64,000 nt of DNA, taken from contig JABDGD010000006.1 in the NCBI GenBank assembly GCA_013286205.1, positions 13,944 to 77,943 on the forward strand. The letters run 5' to 3'. A program made the position numbers and the translations under genes. The notes below the pieces were generated by a model. That model ran no database searches and was not told the DNA's origin. It was given only the letters and a program-made list of their open reading frames with translations. This document shows positions 46,158 through 55,077 of this stretch, one piece after another (position 1 is the first letter of the stretch; the number at the start of each line of letters is the position of its first letter). Source of the DNA: Candidatus Firestoneibacteriota bacterium (GTDB lineage Bacteria; Oederibacteriota; Muellerivitia; Muellerivitales; Muellerivitaceae).

Positions 46158-47363
46158 TTGAAAAAAAACAATGTTCTTTTATTCCTTCTCTTATTTGTCC
46201 TGAGGATAGATAACGTCCAGGCTCAAGCGGCTTATGCTGAAAGACCTTATCTGGTCTCAGCGTCTATTTATATGGCGGCTGATACTCAGGCAGATGTCTG
46301 GCTCAACGGGATTCACGTCACTCATTGTCCCCATACCACCATGGCGCTGGGGCCCAAAACCATTTTGGCCAGGCCTGACAGTCTCTGCCTCTTCAATAAA
46401 GATAATGTACTTTCCATCAAGCTGGAGGGCAAAGGCAGTTCTTCGGGTCAGTTTGTGGGTGTAGCCTATGCTGTCAGCTTCACATTCTCGGATGGTACTT
46501 TTTACGTCATGAACAGTTCATCGCCGGGCGAACACCGCAGTTTTTATATCCCGCAGAGAGGGACGGATGAGCCTGAAGGCTGGCAGGAGATAGGTTTTGA
46601 TGATTCGCTTTGGCCACTGGCCAAAAACTCGAATGATTTGATTCCGGATACGGCCTCGTTGTCGGGCGCCGCTTTTGGTGGAACGGCTAAATTTTTGACC
46701 GCCTCTTCCACGGGTTATTTTATTCAGCACCCGGGTGAGAAACATTTATTCCGCCGTCACTTTAGCTTGGATATCAGCGTTAACCCCCGCTGCCTGCCAA
46801 AACCCAAACCGGCGTTAACTGTCCGGGTCAAAACGCCTACATCGACTTCCTTATCTTCAGTCACGCCGGTAGTTATTCCGGCCCACAAGGAACCTTTGGC
46901 GGCTTCGCCGCAATTGGCTAAAGCTACGCATCAAACGACCTTTTCGGTTTTGTCTCCCATGAAAGCCTGGCCTACCTCGACACCCACGTTATTTGTGCCT
47001 TTGCCGACCGCTACGCAGGTAGAGTCCGTTCCTACCGCAACCATGGTGCCGGTAGCGACACCGCATATATTTCCCACGATGGTGATTCAGGATGACGGCG
47101 CGGTGGTTTTTGGGCAGTCTAACGCGAATATTTTGGTGTTATTCGGTGATGGCCCTGGTTATTACACGGTGGAAGCGGTGGATGCCAATCACACTCACTT
47201 GAAAACTCTTTTAAACCAACGCATCATAAACACTTCGGAAATGTGGCTTACTTGGGATGGCAAAGACGAGCATGGCAAGGATGTGCCGGTCGGTCAATAC
47301 TTTATTCTTTGCTCCAAAGAGGGAACAGTTCTTCAAACGATTCTTTTACGCCGGGCACAGTAA
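46158..47363 (+). CDS. Hypothetical secreted protein with C-terminal FlgD-Ig-like domain
   Basis: Signal peptide and a Pro/Thr/Val-rich linker. C-terminus YTVEAVDANHTHLKTLLNQRI...LTWDGKDEHGKDVPVGQYFI resembles FlgD-type Ig folds. TTG start. Confidence 0.5.
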   Translation: MKKNNVLLFLLLFVLRIDNVQAQAAYAERPYLVSASIYMAADTQADVWLNGIHVTHCPHTTMALGPKTILARPDSLCLFNKDNVLSIKLEGKGSSSGQFVGVAYAVSFTFSDGTFYVMNSSSPGEHRSFYIPQRGTDEPEGWQEIGFDDSLWPLAKNSNDLIPDTASLSGAAFGGTAKFLTASSTGYFIQHPGEKHLFRRHFSLDISVNPRCLPKPKPALTVRVKTPTSTSLSSVTPVVIPAHKEPLAASPQLAKATHQTTFSVLSPMKAWPTSTPTLFVPLPTATQVESVPTATMVPVATPHIFPTMVIQDDGAVVFGQSNANILVLFGDGPGYYTVEAVDANHTHLKTLLNQRIINTSEMWLTWDGKDEHGKDVPVGQYFILCSKEGTVLQTILLRRAQ

Positions 47364-48083
47364 TTGAAAGAAAACATGGATTTAAAAAATCTCAAAATTC
47401 TGATCGTAGGCGTCGGCGGGCTGGGTTGTCCCGCGTCTTTAGCTTTGGCTGAAGCGGGCGTCGGAACGCTGGGTCTGATGGATCCAGACCATGTGGAACT
47501 TTCCAACCTTCACCGGCAAATTCTTTATTCCGAAGAAAATGTGGGTCAGTTAAAGGTTGAGGCCGCCCAAAAGTATCTCCAGCGTTTATTTCCACAAACT
47601 AAAACTAATCTTATTCCCGAAGCCTTTGGGGCGGTTAACGCCGAAAAGGTTCTTCAATCTTATGATCTTGTTGTAGATGGTTTGGACCGGCTGGAAAAAA
47701 AGTTTGTTTTGAACGACTGGTGCGTCAAATTGAACAAACCTTTTGTGCATGCGGGCGTAGTGAAATTTGAAGGGCAAGTGCTGCCGGTGATTCCGGGCAA
47801 AACGGCCTGCCTCCGCTGTTTGATTCCCAAAATCCCTCCTCCCTTTGCCTTGCCCACTTGCCGGGAAGCGGGTGTACTGGGTTCTTTCTCGCAGGCGATT
47901 GGCTTTTTGCAAGCCTATGAAACCCTGCGCTTGGTCAGCCACCCTGAAAATTTATTTTTGTGGAAGTGGAATATTCAAAAACGAACCGCGCGTTCTATAC
48001 GCCCGGTAAGAAATCTGGATTGTCAGGCCTGCTCGGGCAAAGTGTTTGAAGAGACTATCGGGGAAATGACCTGCAAAGTTTAG
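47364..48083 (+). CDS. moeB: MoeB/ThiF-type E1 adenylyltransferase (canonical motifs)
   Basis: ILIVGVGGLGCPASLALAEAGVG glycine loop, DPDHVELSNLHRQ, and CLRC / CQAC zinc pairs. ATG 47376 is an alternative start. Confidence 0.85.
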   Translation: MKENMDLKNLKILIVGVGGLGCPASLALAEAGVGTLGLMDPDHVELSNLHRQILYSEENVGQLKVEAAQKYLQRLFPQTKTNLIPEAFGAVNAEKVLQSYDLVVDGLDRLEKKFVLNDWCVKLNKPFVHAGVVKFEGQVLPVIPGKTACLRCLIPKIPPPFALPTCREAGVLGSFSQAIGFLQAYETLRLVSHPENLFLWKWNIQKRTARSIRPVRNLDCQACSGKVFEETIGEMTCKV

Positions 48084-48089
48084 GCCGAA

Positions 48090-48130
48090 GACGCTAATCC
48101 CATTGGAAAGATTAACGTCCTCGCTTTTTT
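48090..48130. terminator. Hairpin between convergent genes
   Basis: 10-bp stem GACGCTAATC / GATTAACGTC (one mismatch) followed by CTCGCTTTTTT. Confidence 0.5.
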
Positions 48131-48145
48131 GATGTTACGACAAAA

Positions 48146-48688
48146 TTACTTTTTAACCTGTTCGGCGGCTTCCTGAAAATCTTTAGTCAAATCTTCCAGC
48201 TGTTCCTGGCCCTTGTCGCCATAACTCTTTAAGAGCTTGGCCTGCTCTACGGCGCCTTGAAGATAGGCTTCTCCCATATATTCCCGGGCTTCCGCAAAGT
48301 CGGGGCGGATCTTCAGGGCTTTCCAGTAATTTTCAATGGCGTCATCCAGCTTTCCGGTTTTGCGCTGGGCATGGGCCAATTGATTTAGCACGTCCGCGTT
48401 ATTGGGGGCGGTATCCGCAGCTTGCTGAAAGAGGTCGACCGCTTTGGCATAGTCTTTGCTTTTTACCGCGTCGAGACCCTGATTATATAAAGCAGTTACC
48501 TGGTCGATCTCGCTGCTGCCGTTGTCGCTGCTATTACCGCTGTTCGCATTGGGATTGCCGGCGTTAGGGTTACCGCCGTTGCTGCTTTGCATTTGTTGAC
48601 TGCTGGTTCCGCTAGCGTAAACCATCGTATTTAAACAAAAGCAGCTCATAACAGCTAACGCTAATGCGGCTCGGCTCGGTTTCATCAA
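48146..48688 (-). CDS. Secreted TPR-repeat protein
   Basis: Signal peptide, Asn/Gly/Ser-rich linker, then TPR helices (YAKAVDLFQQAADTAPNNADVLNQLAHAQRKTGKLDDAIENYWKALKIRPDFAEA). Confidence 0.75.
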   Translation of the reverse strand: MMKPSRAALALAVMSCFCLNTMVYASGTSSQQMQSSNGGNPNAGNPNANSGNSSDNGSSEIDQVTALYNQGLDAVKSKDYAKAVDLFQQAADTAPNNADVLNQLAHAQRKTGKLDDAIENYWKALKIRPDFAEAREYMGEAYLQGAVEQAKLLKSYGDKGQEQLEDLTKDFQEAAEQVKK

Positions 48689-48831
48689 AGGCCTCCGGTG
48701 ATTTGAGAATGAAAATGAACTCTAAGCTTTTATAGTAAAGCTCCGGGACAAAGGTTACTGAAAGTTTAAAAGCAGTCCACACCCGTTAAAGCGGTTGATA
48801 GGCTGTAAAGAGGTGAGTAAACTGTTTACCC

Positions 48832-49716
48832 ATGAAGAAGTTAACTAAAGTCAAAACCGTCAAAAAACCAAAAAAACGTAAACCAAAAGCTAATCCCTCA
48901 AACCGTATATTGGCGGTGATTTTACTGCTTCTCATCGCGAGCGCTTTTCTGGTGAATCATTGCCGAAATGAGGATGACAAAGCCTTGTTCGCACCCGCTC
49001 CTCGCGGCACCCTGCTGCCGGTTCCGTCTGTGGGAGAAGACGGTTCTGTTGAAATGACGCCTACTCCTATTGCGGTTCAAAATCATCGTCCAACAAAGCT
49101 TCACCATCAGCCAGCCCGCCGCATCCATAAACTGGGATTTGTCGCTCTTGGCACCGGGGGCAACGGTATCGGCGGAGGGGCTGGCAATGCAAAGGGAACG
49201 GCTCCGGCCGCGACCCCGACGGCGGCAGACACTGCGACGCCTACGGCAACGATGACAGCCACACAAACTTTAGATCAAGTTCAAAAGGCGGCCGCGGGGG
49301 GCGATACTCAAGCCGCTAAAAAAATGGGCAATCTTTATCTCAATGGCCAGGGCGTGCCGAAAAATTATGCTGAAGCCCTGAAGTACCATTTGATGGCCGC
49401 TCAAAACGGGGATGAGGAGTCTCAATATTGTGTAGGACTCATTTACGATATGGCTCTGGGTGTAAATCAAGATTATCAGGCGGCCATGAGCTGGTATACC
49501 CTGTCCGCTAAAAAGGGGGACTCAATGGCTGAGAACGCTATCGGCTATTGTTATGAAACGGGCCATGGTGTGACGCAAAATAATACCGAGGCTTTGAAGT
49601 GGTATCAAAGGGCAGCGAATCACGGCAATACCAGCGCCGCGCAGAACATATTGAGCCTTCAAGAATTGATGCCAGCAAAACCCACGCCTGGTGACGCGCC
49701 CGCCAGCGCTAAATAA
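48832..49716 (+). CDS. Sel1-repeat protein
   Basis: Repeated G.GV..N...A..WY..AA..G units (KKMGNLYLNGQGVPKNYAEALKYH and others). N-terminal TM anchor. Confidence 0.8.
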   Translation: MKKLTKVKTVKKPKKRKPKANPSNRILAVILLLLIASAFLVNHCRNEDDKALFAPAPRGTLLPVPSVGEDGSVEMTPTPIAVQNHRPTKLHHQPARRIHKLGFVALGTGGNGIGGGAGNAKGTAPAATPTAADTATPTATMTATQTLDQVQKAAAGGDTQAAKKMGNLYLNGQGVPKNYAEALKYHLMAAQNGDEESQYCVGLIYDMALGVNQDYQAAMSWYTLSAKKGDSMAENAIGYCYETGHGVTQNNTEALKWYQRAANHGNTSAAQNILSLQELMPAKPTPGDAPASAK

Positions 49717-49732
49717 AGCACTTCATTTCAAC

Positions 49733-50203
49733 CTAAATCCAGCGGCGTACCCGGCTTTTATAGTCTATAAATTCTTGGCCGAATATCTTCTCTAACTGTT
49801 TTTCCTCACGGCGAATCATAAAATCTACCGCCAGAATATTGACGACTGTCAGTATTAACCCACAAGTCGAACCCAGCATTAAAACCGCTCCGCCAAAGAT
49901 AAAGACATTTCCACCCAGATAAAGCGGGTTTCGGCTGTAACGGTAGGGACCGGTAGTGATGAGTGAGGTTTGGGGTTGAAGCACAATGACTTTCATCTTT
50001 CGCTGGTAAAAGTCAAAGGTGGCCCAAACCCTAAGGGTGAAACCTGCAGCGAGCAGTATCGCGCCGGGAACGGTCAAGTCCATAAACTGTATCCAGAATA
50101 TCTTGAAAACGATATCGAGCCACGAGCCCAGAAGGGCAAAAGCGAAACCCGCAGCTAATACGCCGATGTTGTGAAGAATGCTTTTGAGAAGGTTGATGAC
50201 CAT
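49733..50203 (-). CDS. ICMT/phospholipid methyltransferase-family membrane protein
   Basis: GPYRYSRNPLYLGG and RREEKQLEKIFGQEFIDYKSRV motifs. Start uncertain: ATG 50203 is preferred, and the track gives TTG 50299. Confidence 0.7.
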   Translation of the reverse strand: MVINLLKSILHNIGVLAAGFAFALLGSWLDIVFKIFWIQFMDLTVPGAILLAAGFTLRVWATFDFYQRKMKVIVLQPQTSLITTGPYRYSRNPLYLGGNVFIFGGAVLMLGSTCGLILTVVNILAVDFMIRREEKQLEKIFGQEFIDYKSRVRRWI

Positions 50204-50690
50204 GACTAAGCCTACATCCGGGCTTTCGAGGATGTCAATTTTGAATTTTTGGAAGCCACTATGTTTTATCTCAACGATATGGGTACCGCGGCAGGCCAAA
50301 ATCTAGCGATTGACCAGATCCGCTTTCAGTAATCAAAGCCTCTTTTTCAAGCTGGCAGGTGCCCGTGGCCGGACATAGGTAATCGGTACCCTTAAATTTT
50401 TTTGATTTTTTAAAGGGTTTGTAAGGTTAAATCACACTCCCGTCTCTTTTATTTTTTTGCCAAGGCGCTAGTCTAATAACAGGTCATGAATGCCTTTCAG
50501 GATCTGTTGTTCACCGATAAACCAGAAGAGTTGAACCTCTCCGTTTTTTTCTAATTTCTCCGAGTGACTGAAACCACCCTGTTTTCAATGCCGTTACCCG
50601 CCAGTTGCCCCTGGTATTTATTTCCGTTTATTTATTTTTAGCCGAGCTTTTTAAACGCTGCCCGTGGCAGTCACTTTAAGGAGGCCGCTG

Positions 50691-50876
50691 ATGAAAGATT
50701 CCAAAGTTTTGAACAGTTTTTTTGAGAAAGAGCACCACCGGTGGAAAAAGGAAGTTCAAACGGTTTTTAAAACCGCGTTCAAAGAATATGGTTATGCCCT
50801 CAACCAAAAAAACAGCGGTTCCTTCAAAAACGCGGCCGCGAGCGCCCGGGATAAAAGCAGAAATATTAAAGGATAA
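50691..50876 (+). CDS. Small basic hypothetical protein (61 aa)
   Basis: ATG 50691 with AAGGAGG 7 nt upstream. Ends 6 nt before the PilZ gene. Confidence 0.45.
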   Translation: MKDSKVLNSFFEKEHHRWKKEVQTVFKTAFKEYGYALNQKNSGSFKNAAASARDKSRNIKG

Positions 50877-50882
50877 TTTCGA

Positions 50883-51236
50883 ATGAAAAAAACTAAACAG
50901 CCCGAACACCGTCAACATGAGCGTGTTGAGTTCAATGCTGATGTGACGATTTATCCGGTAATCGACTCTAAATCAGGCAATGTGCTGGAGATTCCTTCGG
51001 ATGGTATTACGGTTCAATGCCGTGATATCAGCGAGGGGGGCATTAGCCTTCAGATGGCTCCCATGAACTCTTCGGTCAGTATTGTCAAAATCAACTTTAA
51101 GCTGCGGGCGTATAAACCGGTGGACGCTTTCGCCAAATTGATTTGGAATAATGGCGGCGCCTGCGGGTTTCAATACATCATTTTGGATGACAAGTCCCGA
51201 AGCCATATCCGCGGCTTTGTGAACGAAAATAAGTAG
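50883..51236 (+). CDS. PilZ-domain protein (single domain)
   Basis: RQHER (RxxxR) and DISEGGISL (DxSxxG) c-di-GMP-binding motifs. Confidence 0.75.
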   Translation: MKKTKQPEHRQHERVEFNADVTIYPVIDSKSGNVLEIPSDGITVQCRDISEGGISLQMAPMNSSVSIVKINFKLRAYKPVDAFAKLIWNNGGACGFQYIILDDKSRSHIRGFVNENK

Positions 51237-51544
51237 AGGGAGATTTTTTGAGGAATAGGGCGGCGGGAAACTGAAGATTTTCTGCCGAAGTTAGAACTTC
51301 TTTCAATGAAGCTTATTTTGCCCCCCTGAATTTTTATGCCAGATTGGCTTTTCTGCTGAAAAATTGATGCGCCTTGAATTAATTGTGCCAAGTTCTTATT
51401 AATTAAGTACCAGCAAGTATTTCCTTCCTTGGCTTTTTGAAATTCCACCTATTGAATCCCCAAACCAATCTCTCTACCTGTTAATCACAGGACGTTTATA
51501 CGTTCTACTGCTCGTGGTGCTATCACACTAACCGTGCGATTCTC

Positions 51545-51802
51545 ATGAGCACCAAGGAGGAGATTCAGGTGGAGTACCAGATAGAATTTGAGAAATTAGG
51601 CGAAAGATACCGCAAACTCCGTCTTCGTCAAAAAATGGTTCAAGAAGACGTGATCGGGCATGGATTTTCGGTAAGGCATTACCAACAGCTGGAATCCGGA
51701 CGGCCCCACTCCCTTAAGACCTTTTTCCGCGTTTGTGAGATGTTCGGCGTTAGTCCAGAAAAGCTCATCAAAGGCATTTTGCATGTTAGAAGGCCTCAGT
51801 AA
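51545..51802 (+). CDS. XRE-family helix-turn-helix protein
   Basis: LRLRQKMVQEDV...SVRHYQQLESGR...FRVCEMFGVSPEKLI HTH_3 pattern. In-frame GTG 51569 preceded by AAGGAGG is an alternative start. Confidence 0.7.
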   Translation: MSTKEEIQVEYQIEFEKLGERYRKLRLRQKMVQEDVIGHGFSVRHYQQLESGRPHSLKTFFRVCEMFGVSPEKLIKGILHVRRPQ

Positions 51803-52541
51803 AATCAATTGGGATAAAATAAGGCACCGCAACGGTTCAGCCTCAAACATCCCAAAACTTCTGATGCAACTCGTTTCAAAAGACAAAAAATCCCAAAAAA
51901 ACGCTATCGGTCAGATTTTTAATGATCTCTGGTTTCACGGCATGGTTTACGAAGCGACCGCGCGTGCTGTCCCGTCCCTTTATGAGATTTTAGAAAGCCC
52001 TGCCTGCTTTGAGCGCTTTTCGGTGCTTTGGCTTTTAAGCGCCATCGCCAGCGGCAGGTTCCGCCAAAACGACCTTCAAGAAGACCATCCCGAGATGGTT
52101 TGGAACCGAAACGCGCTTCAGGCGGTAAAACAGGGACTGTCCAAGGTTTTGTCGCTTTTAACTGATGGCGATAAAGACCTGCGCCTGCCCGCCATTTTGT
52201 TATTGGTTTCCCTGCGGGAAGAAGCGGATCAAATCAATCCGGTGTTGTTAAGGCTCCTTTCCGAAGAACAAAACACCGATGTTCGGGCCGGTTTCGGTCT
52301 AGCCCTGGCAATGCTGGGGGATTATCAAAGCGGCGCTTTTGATCTGGAAAGTAAAAGAGGGTCGATGGCCCTGGCGAATAGCCTGGCCAAAGCCTGTTCT
52401 GCAAATAAGAAAATGAGCGGATTTTCTTTTAAAACGATTGAGGAATGTTTTACGAATAGCCTGTCCGCCGCCAACCAAGATTGGCTCAGAGATGAAAGAG
52501 TTTTGCTCAACAATTCCAACTTTGATGGCAGTTACTTTTGA
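51783..52541 (+). CDS. HEAT/ARM-like repeat protein, function unknown
   Basis: Start set to ATG 51783 (MLEGLSKINWDKIRH), overlapping the XRE gene end by 20 nt. Helical repeats with DKDLRLPAILLLVSL and NTDVRAGFGLALAML. Confidence 0.55.
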   Translation: MLEGLSKINWDKIRHRNGSASNIPKLLMQLVSKDKKSQKNAIGQIFNDLWFHGMVYEATARAVPSLYEILESPACFERFSVLWLLSAIASGRFRQNDLQEDHPEMVWNRNALQAVKQGLSKVLSLLTDGDKDLRLPAILLLVSLREEADQINPVLLRLLSEEQNTDVRAGFGLALAMLGDYQSGAFDLESKRGSMALANSLAKACSANKKMSGFSFKTIEECFTNSLSAANQDWLRDERVLLNNSNFDGSYF

Positions 52542-52986
52542 TCATTCCTCAAAAAGACAAAAATTGATTCGCAATAAAATGTCATGGAACGACATTAAAG
52601 TTTAATTTTTTTGGTCAGAATACTTCAAAAAAACACTACTTATAATTTCTAAGAAAAAACAATGTAAATTTTAGTTTATTTCCCTAGTTAAGATCTTCCG
52701 CTCATTACAGTGAAAAAAGCGGGATGTTTAAAAAGAAGCTGACCGCGTCATCCACTCTGGGTGAAATGGACCTCAAACAACCATTTAAATTTTACCTTAA
52801 ATTCGACAGGGGCCTTGTTGCAAGTCTCCGAAACTGTGTTAGATTCGAAAAAAGAAAATTAACCGAAGGGTTAATCGATTTTGACTGAAATGAAAACGGT
52901 TTTAGTCGTGTTCTTTTTTGAGGCTACATAGTTCATTTTTGTCTGCCGTTTTACAAAGCTGTTTAAATTGTTGATTGTGTTACTGA

Positions 52987-55077
52987 ATGAACAACGCTAA
53001 AAAACCAGGGGGCGAAATGGTTTTTCAACACGGTTGGAGAGTCTGCGCGTTCATTGCGCTGTCACTGGCGCTATGGAGCGGGAAAGTTTTTGCCCAAACC
53101 CCAGAACCTACCGAATCGTCCACCGTCACGCCGTCCATTACGTCCTCTCCGGTTGAGCTGAAAAAATTAAGTCTCGAACAATTAATGAACCTCGATGTCA
53201 CTTCGGTGGCTAAAGAACCTCAGCCCTATGGTCAGGCGCCTGCCGCCATTGTAGTCCTCACTAACGACGCTATCCGCCGTTCGGGCGCTTCCAGCATTCC
53301 AGAGGCGCTGCAGCTGGCTGACAATTTAAACGTGGCGCAAAAAGATTCCCACGACTGGTCTATCAGCGCGCGCGGGTTCAACACCGATTTGTCCAACAAA
53401 CTTCTCGTTTTGATAGACGGACGCAGTGTTTATTCGCCGCTCTTCTCCGGCGTCTTTTGGGATGCCCAGGATTATTTGCTGGAGGATATCGACCGTATTG
53501 AGGTCATCAGCGGCCCGGGTGGAACCCTTTGGGGTGCCAATGCGGTGAACGGCGTCATCAACATCACCAGCAAGAGCGCCAAAGAGACTCAGGGTCTCTA
53601 TATTGAGGGCGGCGGCGGTATGGAGTGGTCACCTGAATTGCAGGATTTTGAGGCGATCCGTTATGGCGGCGCGCTGGGACCGGATCTTTTTTACCGGTTC
53701 TATGGAAAATATGATGCCCGGGGCAGCGAGCCTTTATTAACCAATGGAAACGCCGCCAATGATTCCTGGACGAACGGCCAGGGCGGCTTCCGAATCGACT
53801 CGATTACGACGGGACAACACCTGACCATTCAGGGGGATATTTACTCCAACATCGAAAGTATCTCCACCGGCGGAACGGCGCAGAAAAGCGGCGGCAATAT
53901 ACTGGAGCGCTGGACCCGCACCTTCGACGACGATTCCAACGTGAGCCTGCAGTTTTACTATGACCACACTTTTATTAACGACCCCGAACCGGAGGCCTTT
54001 TTATCCACATTGGCAGCGGCGCCGCCAGGAATTTTCACCGACAGGCTGGACACTATTGACCTAGACTTCCAGCACCATTTCCATTTGGATGATCACAACA
54101 ACTTCAGTTGGGGATTCGGCTACCGCTACACCGACGATCTGACCGGGGCCTCCCCGGGATTGGCCTTCGCGCCTTCTCCCTTGCTGCAGAATCTTTATAG
54201 TCTTTTCGCTCAGGATGAGATCCGGCTTTTGTCCAATGTCTTCCTCACGGCGGGCAGCAAGGTTGAGCACAATGACTACACGGGCTATGAGTATGAGCCC
54301 AGTGGCCGGTTGAAATGGGATGTGACTGAAAACCAGATGCTGTGGGCGGCGGTTTCGCGGGCGGTCCGTATGCCGTCCGAGGTCGATACGAATGAGCGGG
54401 GACTGACGCCCCTTCTCAACGCGTTCCATATCACCTCGAGTATAAACGGGTCGCCGGGTTTCCTGTCCGAGGTCCTCGTCGCCTATGAGTTGGGTTACCG
54501 GGCCCAGCTGGACAAAAACTTTTCCACTTCCATCTCGACCTTTTTCAATAATTACACTGATATCCGCAGCACGGGCACCACTCCCGGAGGGGCGCTGGGA
54601 ATCCTGCCTTTCGTTTTTCAAAACAACCTGATGGCCCAAACCTGGGGCGTTGAGCTGACCACCGATTACCAGGTACTGGACTGGTGGAGGCTGCATGCCG
54701 GCTATGACCAGCTCAACGAGTCGGTTTGGGTCGCGCCGGGCCAGCTTGACCTCAATAAAGGTCTTAATGAAACGGCGGATCCGCCAAACCAGATTTTTGT
54801 CCGATCCTCCATGGATTTACCCGGGCATTTGGAACTGGACCCGGCCTTCCGCTGGATCGACACTTTTACCTATAACAACAGCGGTGTTCCGGGAACTGTT
54901 CCGAACTACGCTGAGTTAGATGTGCGCCTAGCCTGGCACGCCTCCCCGAATCTTGAGCTTTCCGTTACGGGCCAGAATCTTCTGCATCCCTACCATCTGG
55001 AATACGTGATTTCCAGTCCCGCACCTACGGAAGCAATTTCCCGCAATGTGTATGGAAAGGTTGCGTTACGGTTTTGA
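52987..55077 (+). CDS. TonB-dependent outer-membrane receptor
   Basis: Signal peptide. Plug domain: LVLIDGRSVYSP, IEVISGPGGTLWGANAVNGVINI. Beta barrel ending in the aromatic VALRF. Confidence 0.9.
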   Translation: MNNAKKPGGEMVFQHGWRVCAFIALSLALWSGKVFAQTPEPTESSTVTPSITSSPVELKKLSLEQLMNLDVTSVAKEPQPYGQAPAAIVVLTNDAIRRSGASSIPEALQLADNLNVAQKDSHDWSISARGFNTDLSNKLLVLIDGRSVYSPLFSGVFWDAQDYLLEDIDRIEVISGPGGTLWGANAVNGVINITSKSAKETQGLYIEGGGGMEWSPELQDFEAIRYGGALGPDLFYRFYGKYDARGSEPLLTNGNAANDSWTNGQGGFRIDSITTGQHLTIQGDIYSNIESISTGGTAQKSGGNILERWTRTFDDDSNVSLQFYYDHTFINDPEPEAFLSTLAAAPPGIFTDRLDTIDLDFQHHFHLDDHNNFSWGFGYRYTDDLTGASPGLAFAPSPLLQNLYSLFAQDEIRLLSNVFLTAGSKVEHNDYTGYEYEPSGRLKWDVTENQMLWAAVSRAVRMPSEVDTNERGLTPLLNAFHITSSINGSPGFLSEVLVAYELGYRAQLDKNFSTSISTFFNNYTDIRSTGTTPGGALGILPFVFQNNLMAQTWGVELTTDYQVLDWWRLHAGYDQLNESVWVAPGQLDLNKGLNETADPPNQIFVRSSMDLPGHLELDPAFRWIDTFTYNNSGVPGTVPNYAELDVRLAWHASPNLELSVTGQNLLHPYHLEYVISSPAPTEAISRNVYGKVALRF

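Noticed and set aside
50486-50554. 22-codon ORF (MNAFQDLLFTDKPEELNLSVFF) in the long gap upstream of the PilZ module, considered as a leader peptide
   Set aside because: It has no ribosome-binding site, and there is no downstream attenuator structure tied to it.
50360-50668. Repeated 10-mer TGCCCGTGGC (50360-50369 and 50659-50668) with nearby TGGCAG motifs, considered as sigma54 promoters or a repeat element
   Set aside because: There is no TTGC-type -12 element at the correct spacing from either TGGCA. With only two short copies 300 bp apart, this is insufficient to call a repeat family or promoter.
51170-51448. 92-aa minus-strand ORF in the PilZ-XRE intergenic gap
   Set aside because: It overlaps the 3' end of the PilZ gene, has no Shine-Dalgarno sequence and gives a low-complexity translation. 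It cannot be excluded, but nothing supports it.
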